Origin: Scyliorhinus canicula
Taxonomy: Eukaryota
Assembly: GCF_902713615.1 (NCBI RefSeq)
Contig: NC_052162.1
Location: 132,084,653-132,148,652, forward strand
Reading direction: 5' to 3'
DNA: 64,000 nt
How positions within the stretch are numbered: position 1 is the first letter of the stretch; each line of letters begins with the position of its first letter. Both the position numbers and the translations under genes were made by a program. The notes under the pieces are model-generated. The model was given only the letters and a program-made list of their open reading frames with translations. It made no database searches and had not been told where the DNA came from. This document shows, piece after piece, positions 1 to 11,333 of the stretch.

Positions 1-152
1 ATTAGACAGCTGCATTGTTAAACATCCTTTTCATCGTTCTGCATTTTGATGGTTTGACAGGAAATTTGGTTCAAGTCAGTTAATGCGCCTGATTGACAGG
101 GAGTTAGAACTGAGGGCAGGAGAGAAAAATTGTCTCTTTCTTATCCCTTCTG

Positions 153-480
153 GATTACTCAGTCTTGGCTGACACCCAGTGTATTACTGAGGGGGTGCAG
201 CACTGGTGGAGGGGCTGCCTTTCCGATTACTCAGTCTAGGCTGACACCCAGTGTATTACTGAGGGAGTGCAGCACTGGTGGAGGGGCTGCCTTTCCGATG
301 AGACATTGAAGTTACCCCTTGTAGTCATGGCCAGTGTTTATCCTTCAACCAACATCACTGAAAACAAATCATCTGGTCAGTATCCTGTTGTTGTTTATGG
401 GATCGTGCTGTGCATAAACTGGCTGCCACATTTCCTCTGTTACAGAGACGTCACTTCCATTGTGCTTAACATGCTGTAAA
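153..480 (+). mobile_element. DeuSINE (SacSINE1/AmnSINE1-like) fragment with a 72-bp tandem duplication
   Basis: GGCTGACACCCAGTGTATTACTGAGGGAGTGCAGCACTG...CTTTCCGATGAGAC resembles the Deu-domain core as recalled. The block starting GATTACTC occurs at 153 and again at 225. Confidence 0.45.
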
Positions 481-745
481 GTGTTCAGCGACAGCCCGAG
501 CACATGAAAGGTGCTCACTGCAGGTTCTTCCTTTCACAATCACTTTTAATTCATGACCATCAATGTCAGTTAATATAACAAAGACAGGTTTGAAAGCTCA
601 CCCAGCTGGTGAGAAAAGTATGACTTGGAATTCACACAGCAACTCCTCGGGTGCAGAACTAAAAGTTAGCAATTCATTTGAAAAGTAAAGCCCGATTAAA
701 ATATCAGAAATCTGAAACAACTCTGTTCAGAAGCAAAACCCAGAC

Positions 746-1431
746 CTGTATCTAACCCCTTGCTGTACCTGTCCTGGGAGTATTTAATGGGGCCTGTGTA
801 GAGGGAGCTTTACTCTGTATTTAACCCCATGCTGTACCTGACCTGGGAGTGTTTGATGGGGACAGTGTGGAGGGAGATTTACTCTGTATCTAACCCCGTG
901 CTGTACCTGTCCTGGGAGTGTTTGATGGGGACAGTGTGGAGGGAGATTTACTCTGTATCTAACCCCGTGCTGTACCTGTCCTGGGAGTGTTTGATGGGGA
1001 CAGTGAGAAGGGAGCTTTACTCTGTATCAAACCCCGTGCTGTACCTGTCTGGAAGTGTTTGATGGGAACAGTGTAGAGGGAGCTTTAATCAGTATCTAAC
1101 CCCGTGCAGTACCTGTCCTGGGAGTGTTTGATGGGGACAGTGTGGAGGGAGCTTTACTCTGTATTATAACCCCGTGCTGTACCCTTCCTGGGTGTGTTTG
1201 ATGGGGACAGTGTAGAGGGAGCTTTACTCTGTATCTAGCCCCGTGCTGTACCTGTTCTGGGAGTGTTTGATGGGGACAGTGTAGAGGGAGCTTTACTCTG
1301 TATCTAACCCCGTGCTGTACCTGCCCTGGGAGTGTTTGATGGGGAAAGTGAGAAGGGAGCTTTACTCTGTATCTAGCCCCGTGCTGTACCTGTCCTGGGA
1401 GTGTTGGATGGGGAAAGTGAGAAGGGAGCTT
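746..1431. repeat. 69-bp minisatellite, about 10 copies
   Basis: Unit TTTACTCTGTATCTAACCCCGTGCTGTACCTGTCCTGGGAGTGTTTGATGGGGACAGTGTAGAGGGAGC. ORF 829..1062 repeats every 23 aa. Confidence 0.95.
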
Positions 1432-2659
1432 TCCTAACTGATGGAAAAGTAAATCAGATAGATTGTGGGACTAGCTGGCGATTCATCATCCTGCCTAAAG
1501 CTAATTATATCATCATCAGTGATACATCTCTGAAGAAGATTATTCAACCTATTTTCCCCGTGCATTCTCTTCTCGTGAACTGACCTATTAATCTCACTCC
1601 ATTGCTCTTTCCCAATAGCCTGCTAAAATGTTTGAGAGTCCAAGATTCATGACGCCACAGAATGAGATCATTCAGCCCATTAAGCCCATGCCAGCTGTCT
1701 GCAGAACAATCCAATCTGCCCCATCTCCCCACTCTATCCCTGTGAATATATTTCCCTCAAATGGCCATCTAATTCCTTTGAAAGTGATTGATTACTGCCC
1801 TCTTTGGCAGTGGTTTCCATGTATCCAGTTGAAGGAGGGGGAAGAACTCTCTTTTCAATGGAGAGAAAGCAGGAAGGAAAGGTACATTCAGATGTTCCAT
1901 TCGTTATCTCTCCAATTCCCTTTTTGAATATCCCTATGGAATCTGCTCCTTCCACCATTTCAGGCAGCATATTCCAGAATACAGGAATGACTGTTTCAAT
2001 GATCCTTCATCACGTCTTATCTGGATAATGTTTGAAAGATTCCCCCCCTCCCCAGTGCCCTCAGGATGATTGGTCTGTGATGTGTAAAATAATCCTGCTT
2101 TTAATTTTCCCCCTGAGGAACAAAAGGAGGCCATTTATTCCGTCGAGCGTGCTCCACCATTCAATTCCTTCATGTCATTGGTCTCCAGAAATAAGAGCTT
2201 CCGCAACCTTCTGGGGTCGAAATTTCCAAAGCTTCACCTCACTCTGAGTGAAGAAATCCCTCCTCATCCCAGTCTTTCCCTGAAATTATGTTCCCTTGTT
2301 TTAGTCTCACTGGTTGGGGGAAACATCATGGGCGGGATTCTCCGGCCTCGCAGCCAATTGTTTCTCCCAGCCTGTCATTCCTCAAAACCCACTGGAATGC
2401 CGACCCGGTCTCCTCAATCTCACCTCATAAAACAATCCCACCATCCCAGGGAATAGTCTGCTCCATGTTTGCACTCCTTCGATGGGAAGTATATCCCATT
2501 TCGAGCCTAGATGACCCTTTGCCAAAGGGTCGCAACATTAGCTCTTTTCTCTCCCTACAGATACTGCCAGACCCGCCGAGATATTCCAGCATTTTCCCTT
2601 TGGTTTCAGATTCCAGCATCCGCAGTAATTTGCTTTTATGGAAGTATATCCCTCCTTAG

Positions 2660-3135
2660 ATAAGGAGACCAAACTGTAGACAGTGTTGAGGTGAAGTCTC
2701 ACCAGGCTCTCGACATCTGCATCAAGACATCCTTACTCCTGTACTCAAATGCCCTCACTATGAAGGGCCAACATACCATTTACCCTCCTCATTGCTTGTT
2801 GCCCTGCATGCTAACCTTTAGTGACACATGAACAAGGACATCCAGGTCCCTTTGGGCACCTGAACCTCCCAACCTCTACCGTCTGCCTTTCTGCTTTTCC
2901 TACCAAAGTGACTAACTTTATCCTTATTCACATCTGCCACATTGCAGCCACTCACTCAGCCTGTCCCAGTCCCCTGGAAGCTCCTTCCATTCTCCTCACA
3001 ACTTGTGTCTCCCCCAGTTTGGTATCATCGGCAAATTTAGAAAATTAGACTTTATCTCTGCCCCACATCCAAATCATTGATGTAGTTTGTGAACAGCAGT
3101 GACCCCAGCACGGATCCCTGCGTTACCCCACTAAT
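2660..3135 (-). mobile_element. Degenerate CR1 LINE reverse transcriptase fragment
   Basis: Minus strand near 3010-3045 reads FSKFADDTKLG (CR1 RT catalytic motif). The surrounding sequence is decayed. Confidence 0.7.
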
Positions 3136-3444
3136 CAGAGCCTGCTATCCGGAGAATAATAATAATAATCACTTATTGTCACGAGTAGGCTTCAATGAAG
3201 TTACTGCGAAAAACCCCTAGTCGCCACATTCCGGCGCCTGTTCGGGGAGGCCGGTACGGGAATGATCCGATTATTCCCACTCTGCTTCCTGTCTGATAAC
3301 CAATTCTCAGTGCAGCATACTATATTTCTCCCATTGTATCCTCTCAATGTCATTCCGATTTTTAAAAATCTCTTTTCCCGCTCCCCCCACCCCATTCAAC
3401 CTAAGCGATTAATCCCGGGATATTTTAAATATCTGCCCAATACA

Positions 3445-3778
3445 GACAGAGGCTCGAGCAGAGAGGGAGAGACTGACTCATTCACAGAGAGAGTGAGAGA
3501 GACTGACACTGACCCATTCACAGAGAGAGAGAGAGAGACTGACACAGACCCATTCACAGAGAGAGAGAGAGAGACTCACACAGACCCATTCACAGAGAGA
3601 GAGAGACTGACACTGACCCATTCACAGAGAGAGGGAGAGAGACTGACACTGACCCATTCACAGAGAGAGAGAGAGAGACTGACACTGACCCATTCACAGA
3701 GAGAGAGAGAGAGACTGACACAGACTCATTCACAGTGAGAGAGAGACTGACACTGACCCATTCACAGAGAGAGAGACC
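3445..3778. repeat. Compound (GA)n / GACTGACACTGACCCATTCACA minisatellite
   Basis: Repeated GAGAGAGACTGACACTGACCCATTCACA with variable GA tracts. Confidence 0.9.
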
Positions 3779-5749
3779 AAGTAAGAAAAATGTGAACAAA
3801 GAAAAGTGGGAAAAAAAGGAGAAAGAAAGATGGCGTTAAAAAAGGAGATTAACAGATGAGAAGAAAGAAATGAAGGAATTTAGGAAGTGGAACCAAGGGA
3901 CTAAATTCAGACAAGCTGCTGATCAATAATCACTGCTAAAAACATGGTGAAAATCAACTGGGCACGGGAAATGTTTGCCCAATTTTCAACATCTTTCTGC
4001 TGAGGAGGAAGGTGAATTAGGACCGCACAGACTGAGGTATTTTATTCCAGTTCAATAAAGCCCTCACTCAGTGTTTGTGCCCAGTGATGTTCCCATCGCA
4101 CAGTCTGTGTTAGAATCAAACACTCCAGGCTCGACGTTCACCTCGGGCAGTGACACAAAATGGGTGGTGATCGGGTGGCCTGCTTTTTGTCCACAGCGCC
4201 TGTTATTCACTTCCATAGTTGTAAATTGAATTAAATATCAGGTGCTGGGTATGATGGGCAGCCAATATGATACCACCCATGTTGTGCCACCAGCCGAGAT
4301 GTATTTCTGCACCGTGGGATCCAGGTGCTGAGACCCGGTACAATGAAAGTTTGCTGTGTGTTTTTTCCAAAATGAATCTGGGTAAAGTTCCTCTGGGGGA
4401 CATATTGAAATCATCATTGTCCCTTTCTGTTAATTTAATTAATGATATTGTTGCAATAAACCAATTCAATGCAGAAAAGTAATTATGGATAGAACCTGGG
4501 AGAATTTCACTGTTCCCAGAAATATTTAGTGACCACAATTCCCTTCACAAATCCCTCTCTCAGCTAACCCGGCAGGTTTGGAGATGTCAATGAAACTCCT
4601 TTACCTCGAATAGACCAGAAATCTTAACCTGAAAAAGGATCATCTCATTTCTCACACACCCAACTTAAATTTGGGATATTGCCTCTGTTAAAAGCAGCGA
4701 TCAGCCTGAATATTAAACCTTGTTACACTCACACTGCAAACATCTTATTCCCTCCTATTGGACTCACTCTCATGGTGATATTTAATTATTGAGTTAATAT
4801 ATTTGTATGAATTTCACAGTCCAATGCGTGAATGCAAAAAATTGTAAACATTGAAACAGCGAACAGAAAAATCAGATTCCGATAAATTAACAATGAACAG
4901 GTCCATTACTGTCATTCCCAGGAAAATATTCAACCACACAGAAACCCTTCCAGCTCCCAACCCTCGAGTGTGGCTTCAGTTTGAGCTGAAATCTCAGAGG
5001 CCAGAGATGATTTAAACTCTATCGAGAGGTCCGACATCACAGAGAGTTAAACAGTTATTGTCAAAGTGCTAATAAAATCCTGTCTCAATAAGACACAATC
5101 TTATTCCACATGCCGTCTGTTTCCTGTCCGTCCGGACAATTCACTGGTTTATGCTGTAAACTTGTTAGGATGAGGCATTTTTAACAATCACAAATCCCTG
5201 TTTGTCACCCTGTGGAAACCATTTTCCCTCCGGGATCACTAAACTGTCAAGTCAAACATGGAACGTATTCCATGTTCCAGCCATGTTAGAACTGAAATAA
5301 ATAAAACTTTAAACTGTGACACTATCTGTTCAATCGCAGCACAATTGGATGATGTGTTTTATTTAGATTTTAACAGAATCCTAATCCACCTGCAAAATTC
5401 CTGAAATCCAAAATCACCAAACCTGTCCCAAGATAAAATGTTCTGAAAACTACCATCTGAATCAAGCAGAACACATTAAACAGATCCTGAATCTTTATTA
5501 GATTCTGGGAATCAATTCTGTGGAGTTAAATCTAAACCTTTGAGAGTAAATCCAGTTATCAGATTTCAGCTCCAATTCCTGGGTCTATTCTCGACTCGAC
5601 AGAAATCCGCCTCTCTCAGATAGAATCATCTAATTGTTCCAAATATCTCACTGATTTCAGGTGAATCATACACTGCACCTGAATTATTAAATTCACAAAT
5701 AACAGAAAATAAATATTCGATAAGGAAGGAATTGAGACGTTTGTCTTAC

Positions 5750-5797
5750 CTGATGTTACTTCCACCAAGGTTCCGCTGCCCCAGTAGTCAAGATAGT
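5750..5797 (-). CDS. IGHJ: IgH joining (JH) segment, YLDYWGSGTLVEVTS
   Basis: Minus strand ACTATCTTGACTACTGGGGCAGCGGAACCTTGGTGGAAGTAACATCAG|GTAAG: WGxG motif, phase-1 splice donor, preceded by an RSS. Confidence 0.95.
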
Positions 5798-5835
5798 CAC
5801 TGTGCTCCGTCTGTCCTTCACCCCATACAATAACT
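5798..5835 (+). promoter_or_regulatory. JH RSS, 22-bp spacer
   Basis: On +: heptamer CACTGTG (5798-5804), 22-nt spacer, nonamer ACAATAACT (5827-5835). Confidence 0.9.
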
Positions 5836-6173
5836 GAATATGTCCACGATATGTAATAATCTCAGGGTAATGCAGATATAAACCGGGTTTTAACCTGGAG
5901 CAGCAGTTTCCTGTATTTTGATCCGGAATTCCATCCTAACCCTGTTCCAAATGTATGAACAAATGAAGTATTTTTGCAGTTTTCCTGTCTGTGAACACCA
6001 GATCCTGCACGTTACTGAGAATCAGAATCACCTCCTTTTTGTCCTTTATTTTCCCAGAAATCAACATTTTCCTCCAACAATCCAAGTCAGTGTTTAGATA
6101 TTTCACTCTGGGAAACATGAATGTGGAATCCATGGACACAGACTCTGATACACACGGTCATTTGTGGTGAGGG

Positions 6174-6239
6174 AGTTTGTGGCAAGCTCTCTATCGCTGT
6201 GGTTCCAGTATCACAGTGCTTCACCCCAGATCATAAACC
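6174..6239 (-). other. IGHD: D3 segment ATACTGGAAC (6202-6211) flanked by 12/12 RSSs
   Basis: V-facing RSS on +: CACAGTG (6212-6218), 12 nt, TCATAAACC (6231-6239). J-facing RSS on -: CACAGCG (6201-6195), 12 nt, CCACAAACT (weaker nonamer). Confidence 0.85.
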
Positions 6240-6576
6240 ACGGCTATAAGATCCAGCCCAAAATAAAATGTCCCAGACACGTGTCCAGGAGCTTTATTAA
6301 CTCCTCAGACTGTATCCGGGTGTCCCCCACACACCAGGTGTCAAACTCGGGGGTATTTCAGGACTTTACAGGAAGATGAGTGAATCCACACAGAGTTTTC
6401 ATTGTTCTTCATCCACTCGCTGTTACTCTCTGTTATTCCCCATTTCAAATAATCTCTTCACAGAAAGTTGTTCACACCCAGATTATTGAATCAGGATCTG
6501 ATTTATATCCACGAGGCATGAGGTAAAGGTGGTGATATCGCCCGAAGGGTCCAGTTTCAATCACTTTCCTGTGGCA

Positions 6577-6657
6577 GGTTTTTGAATGGAGGGTTCCCCC
6601 ATCTCTCTCACTGTGTCCCCCAGTATAGACACTGTGATACACTGCCGTACATTAACC
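6577..6657 (-). other. IGHD: D2 segment TCTATACTGGGGGA (6616-6629) flanked by 12 (5') and 23 (3') RSSs
   Basis: On +: GGTTTTTGA (6577-6585), 23 nt, CACTGTG (6609-6615), D, CACTGTG (6630-6636), 12 nt, ACATTAACC (6649-6657). Confidence 0.92.
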
Positions 6658-6969
6658 TCCTCCCCTTTCACTGTCACTGAGTCCAGTCACTTCACATTGA
6701 AACCACATTCACACTGCTACAAGGGAGCAATCCTCTTCTCTCATTCACACTCACCATGGTTTGGGCTGTGGTGTTTCAGTGGATCAGTTCCTGGATCAGT
6801 GATCTGAAGGTCTGGGTTTAATAATCCAGAAAATCCCTTGTTTATTCCCTCTTTTGGTGTTTGGGAATTCCACTTTAAACATCCGGGGAAAAGCTGGGAT
6901 CAGTAAAAGTGACCATGAAACTGTTGGATGGTCAGAAAATCCCAACAGGTCAAATCCTGAACTCGTCCG

Positions 6970-7468
6970 TCAGTGACTCCAGTCTGGTCTGTGGGTGACT
7001 CCAGTCTGGTCTGTCGCTGACTCCAGTCTGGTCTGTGGGTGACTCCAGTCTGGTCTGTGGGTGACTCCAGTCAGGTCTGTGGGTGACTCCAGTCTGGTCT
7101 GTGGGTGACTCCAGTCTGGTCTGTGGGTGACTCCAGTCTGGTCTGTGGGTGACTCCAGTCTGGTCTGTGGGTGACCCCAGTCTGGTCTGTGGGTGACTCC
7201 AGTCTGGTCTGTGGGTGACTCCAGTCTGGTCTGTCAGTGACTCCAGTCTGGTCTGTGGGTGACTCCAGTCTGGTCTGTCGCTGACTCCAGTCTGGTCTGT
7301 GGGTGACTCCAGTCTGGTCTGTGGGTGACTCCAGTCTGGTCTGTGGGTGACCCCAGTCTGGTCTGTCGCTGACTCCAGTCTGGTCTGTGGGTGACTCCAG
7401 TCTGGTCTGTGGGTGACTCCGGTCTGGTCTGTGGGTGACTCCAGTCTGGTCTGTGGGTGACTCCAGTC
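6970..7468. repeat. 22-bp tandem repeat, about 23 copies, between D1 and D2
   Basis: Unit GACTCCAGTCTGGTCTGTGGGT, highly homogeneous. Confidence 0.97.
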
Positions 7469-7760
7469 CCACACTCAATGCCGTTGACTGTTAGCTGCCC
7501 TCGGAAGGGGTTTGTCAGTCTCTCAGTTACCATCACTTTCTCAGGGTAACGAGGATTAGAGAACAAATGTCCGTCTGGACAGTGATGTCTTCATCCACTC
7601 GCTGTTCCTCTCTGTTATTCCCCATTTCTAATAATATCTTCACAGAAAGTTGTTCACACACCCAGATTATTGAATCAGGATCTGATTTATATCCACGGGG
7701 CATGAGGTAAAGGTGGTGATATCGCCCGAAGGGTCCAGTTTCAATCACTTTCCTGTGGCA

Positions 7761-7840
7761 GGTTTTTGAATGGAGGGTTCCCCCATCTCTCTCACAGTGC
7801 CACCCATATAGACACTGTGATACACTGCCGTACATTAACC
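7761..7840 (-). other. IGHD: D1 segment TCTATATGGGTGG (7800-7812) flanked by 12 (5') and 23 (3') RSSs
   Basis: On +: GGTTTTTGA (7761-7769), 23 nt, CACAGTG (7793-7799), D, CACTGTG (7813-7819), 12 nt, ACATTAACC (7832-7840). Confidence 0.92.
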
Positions 7841-8177
7841 TCCTCCCCTTTCACTGTCACTGAGTCCAGTCACTTCACATTGAAACCACATTCACACTGC
7901 CACAAGGGAGCAATCCTCTTCTCTCATTCACACTCACCATGGTTTGGGCTGTGGTGTCTGCCTGAACATTGATATCTTTCAGACCAGGTTCCTGTCAGAC
8001 CGCAGGGTTCCCATCACATCACCAGCTCAGGAATCGCCAGCCAATAATCACATTCCCATTCCCAGGGGCGGCAGATCCCAGCTCAGTCAGGATGGGAATG
8101 AAGCTGTGCTGATAACTGAGGGTTAGTGATCATTCCTCCCCTTTCACTCATTCCACTGGCTGCAGATTGTCTGACTG

Positions 8178-8216
8178 AGTTTTTGTCCCAGTCCAGCCCT
8201 GCTTCCTCTCACTGTG
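8178..8216 (-). promoter_or_regulatory. VH 3' RSS, 23-bp spacer
   Basis: Minus strand CACAGTG-AGAGGAAGCAGGGCTGGACTGGG-ACAAAAACT directly after ...TACTGTGCTAGACA. Confidence 0.95.
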
Positions 8217-8511
8217 TGTCTAGCACAGTAATAGATGGCCGTGTCGTCCACTCTCAGATCGGAGATTTGGATGTAAGCGGTGTTGCTGACCACAGATGGA
8301 GTAAATCGACCTTCAACTCCAGGTGCGAACCCTCCAGGATTGTTATCATGATACAGTAACCATTCCAGCCCTTTCCCAGGGATCTGTTTCACCCAGTGGA
8401 TATAGGTGCTGCTGATGGTGAACCCACTGACTGCACAGGACAAGCTGACAGACTCCCCCGGCTTTTTCACAACTGACTCGGGCTGGGTCAGCACAAAATC
8501 GGACCAGGCAC
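8217..8511 (-). CDS. IGHV: IgH variable exon, IgW-like VH, intact
   Basis: Acceptor TTAACAG| at 8512, then (G)AWS-DFVLTQPESVVKKPGESVSLSCAVSGFTISSTYIHWVKQIPGKGLEWLLY...DDTAIYYCAR. Canonical Cys/Trp/Cys, no stops. FR1 and leader resemble shark IgW more than IgM or IgNAR (from recall). Confidence 0.93.
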
Positions 8512-8629
8512 CTGTTAATAAAAGAGAAAAAGAGAATTCACTTCAATAAACCCGTTGGATAAACAGAGGGTGAAAGAGTCTCTGAATAACCAGCCTCTCT
8601 GTGTGGGGGTGAAGCCCCGGAACTCTCAC

Positions 8630-8675
8630 CTGTCACACACAGCAGAAGCACACAGAGATAAGGAGCAATCCCCAT
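8630..8675 (-). CDS. IGHV: VH leader (signal peptide) exon MGIAPYLCVLLLCVTG
   Basis: ATG at 8675, 46 nt ending ACAG|GTGAG. Phase 1 matches the V exon acceptor. Hydrophobic signal peptide. Confidence 0.92.
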
Positions 8676-8760
8676 CGTCCTGGGGATTCAGACACTGACT
8701 CAGACACTCCAGAGATCGGCTGCTTCACAGCGACTTGGTTTGGAGCTGGAGTGGGTGCTG

Positions 8761-8777
8761 TTTAAATAGGGAAGTGG
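8761..8777 (-). promoter_or_regulatory. Candidate VH promoter TATA-like box with adjacent Ets-like site
   Basis: TATTTAAA on minus strand (8768-8761), about 85 nt upstream of the ATG; GGAAGTG next to it on +. No octamer seen nearby. Confidence 0.5.
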
Positions 8778-9029
8778 AGGGAGTGAGGGTCCCACAGTTT
8801 AAACAGCAGCTCCACCCACTGAAACCAGCACAGCTTCCTGTCTCCGCCCCAGCACACATTTCAATAATCGACAAGTTATTTACTGATACAACAAGAGGCA
8901 GATTAGCAGAAATAATAAGATTAAAGATCCACTCACACTTTGACATGCTTTTTTCCAGAGTTAAATAGTTTGGTTACACCAGAAAAAGTGTGATATAATT
9001 CAGTGAACAGATTACACTGCACCCTCGGA

Positions 9030-9810
9030 AGAAGGGACAGACACACCAGTCAGCATATAGATATCTCCCTGAGAGAGAGGGGACTGAGAGACACCAGTCA
9101 GTGTACAGATATCTCCCTGAGAGAGAGAGGGGACTGAGAGACACCAGTCAGTGTGCATATATCTCCCTGAGAGAGAGGGGACTGAGAGACACCAGTCAGT
9201 GTACAGATATCTCCCTGAGAGAGAGAGGGGACTGAGAGACACCAGTCAGTGTGCATATATCTCCCTGAGAGAGAGGGGACTGAGAGACACCAGTCAGTGT
9301 ACCGATATCTCCCTGAGGGAGAGAGGGGACTGAGAGACACCAGTCAGTGTACAGATATCTCCCTGAGAGAGAGGGGGGACTGAGAGACACCAGTCAGTGT
9401 ACAGGTATCTCCCTGAGAGAGAGGGGACTGAGAGACACCAGTCAGTGTACAGATATCTCCCTGAGGGAGAGAGGGGACTGAGAGACACCAGTCAGTGTAC
9501 AGATATCTCCCTGAGGGAGAGAGGGGACTGGGAGACACCAGTCAGTGTACAGATACCTCCCTGAGGGAGAGAGGACTGAGAGACACCAGTCAGTGTACAG
9601 ATATCTCCCCGAGAGAGGGGGGACTGGGAAACACGAGTCAGTGTACAGATATCTCCCCGAGAGAGGGGGGACTGGGAAACACGAGTCAGTGTACAGATAT
9701 CTCCCTGAGAGAGAGAGGGGACTGGGGGACACCAGTCAGTGTACAGATATCTCCCTGAGGGAGAAAGGGGACTGAGAGACATCAGTCAGTGTACAGATAT
9801 CTCCCGGAGA
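9030..9810. repeat. 48-50-bp minisatellite, about 16 copies, just upstream of the VH promoter
   Basis: Unit ACTGAGAGACACCAGTCAGTGTACAGATATCTCCCTGAGAGAGAGGGG with a variable GA/G tract. Confidence 0.95.
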
Positions 9811-10655
9811 CAGAGTAGACTGAAATTGTTGTGGAAGGCAATGTGCTGAGGCAGTGAGATTGTGGACATGCCGGAAGGATTTGATGGGAAGGATCCTTCT
9901 CACTACCAGCCCAGTGAAAATAAATTCTGTCTTTGGGCGCATCGTCCCCATCCTGGGAATAAATTACAAACAGAGATAGTTGATCGAAGGTGGATTATAA
10001 ACTCCTCACCAGTTGTCTTTCCCAAGGTCTGGACAATGAACATGACATATGTCTGGGTGTTGGGAAAGGCCCCTCCCACTGTCCTGTTCAGTGGTCAGTC
10101 TGAGAGAGGCAGCTCTTTTGATGCAGAGTTTTCAGGGACAGGACACAGACACCCAGAGAGGGTTTGGGAAACAGAAGCTCCTCAGTCAGGTGGGCAGCCA
10201 AATGATGCCCAATTCTGAGCGTCGCACTTCAGGGAAACGTGAATACCTCAGAAAGGATCCAGAGGAGGATTTTACCAGGATGTTTCTGGGGATGAGGGAC
10301 TTCAGTTGTGAGAAGCCTGAAATGTTTGGACTGTGGCAGAAGGCAGAGAGTGGGGATAAAAGGGTCTTTTTCAGGATGGCAGCCGGTGACTAGTGGTGTG
10401 CCTCAGGGGTCTGTGCTGGGACCACAACTTTTCACAATATACATTAATGATTTGGAAGAAGGAACTGAAGGCATTGTTGCTATGTTTGCAGATGATACAA
10501 AGATCTGCAGAGGGACAGGTAGTATTGAGGAAGCAAGGGGGCTGCAGAAGGATTTGGACAAGCTAGGAGAGTGGGTAATGAAGTGGCAAATGAAATCCAA
10601 TGTGGAAAAGTCTGAGGTTATGCACTTTGGAAGGAGGAATTTAGGCATAGACTAT

Positions 10656-10897
10656 CGTGGCGATCCAACCACTGTATATATGTGTGCTTACAGTAGGGGG
10701 ATGTATGGCCGTACCTGCATTATAGGTTTCTCCGGTAAGCCCCTGCCGGCTAGCTCCGCCCACAGGGAGCAGTATAAATATTCCTAAGTTTCACTGAGAT
10801 GCCATTCTACAGCTGCCGCCTGAGGAATAGCATCTCACTGTAATAAAGCCTCTCTTGTACATCACTCGAGTCTTTGTGTACAATTGTTAGCCTTACA
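10656..10897 (+). mobile_element. Solo LTR, 242 bp, 5-bp TSD ACTAT
   Basis: ACTAT at 10651-10655 and 10898-10902. Starts CGT (likely from TGT), ends ACA. TATAAATA at 10773, AATAAA at 10842. Removing it restores the CR1 frame. Confidence 0.85.
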
Positions 10898-11333
10898 ACT
10901 ATTTTCTAAATGGGGAAATGCTGAGGAAATCAGAAGCACAAAGGGACTTGGGAGTCCTTGGTCACGATTCTCTTAAGGTTAATGTGCAGGTTCAGTTGGC
11001 AGTTAAGAAGGCAAATGCAATGTTCACATTCATGTCAAGAGGGCTAGAATACTGGACCAGGGATGTACTTCTGAGGCTGTATAAGGCTCTGGTCAAACCC
11101 CATTTGGAGTATTGTCAACAGTTTTGGGCCCCGTATCTAAAGAAGGATGTGTTGGCCTTGGAAAGGGTCCAGAGGTGGTTCACAAGAATGATCCCTGGAA
11201 TGAAGAACTTGTCATATGAAGAACGGTTGAGGACTCTGGGTTTGTACTTGTTGGAGTTTAGAAGGATGAGGGGGGATCTTATTGAAACTTACAGGATACT
11301 GTGAGGCCTGAATTGAGTGGACGTGAAGATAAT

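Noticed and set aside
3445-3778. CACAGAG-containing repeat as a possible RSS array
   Set aside because: No nonamer-like sequence at 12 or 23 nt from the CACAGAG.
4560-5740. Intronic (E-mu-like) enhancer in the J-C intron
   Set aside because: AT-rich and repeat-poor, but only isolated short motifs (ATGCAAAA, one CAGGTG) that are expected by chance.
1-5749. IgH constant-region (CH1) exon downstream of J
   Set aside because: No Ig C-domain motifs with splice sites were found. ORF 4203..4538 has no Ig features. C exons probably lie to the left of the window.
6950-7566. ORFs in the D1-D2 interval, and a possible CRISPR-like array
   Set aside because: A pure 22-bp tandem repeat with no unique spacers, in a eukaryotic context with no cas genes.
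8144-8216. ORF extension HTVRGSRAGLGQKLSQTICSQWNE after YYCAR
   Set aside because: Read-through of the RSS and intergenic DNA, not part of the V segment.
8217-8675. Alternative reading as IgNAR V or a TCR-delta-embedded IgH V
   Set aside because: It keeps the VH FR2 WVKQIPGKGLEW and a CDR2, which IgNAR lacks, and has its own D segments and a WGxG-type JH rather than an FGxG TCR J.
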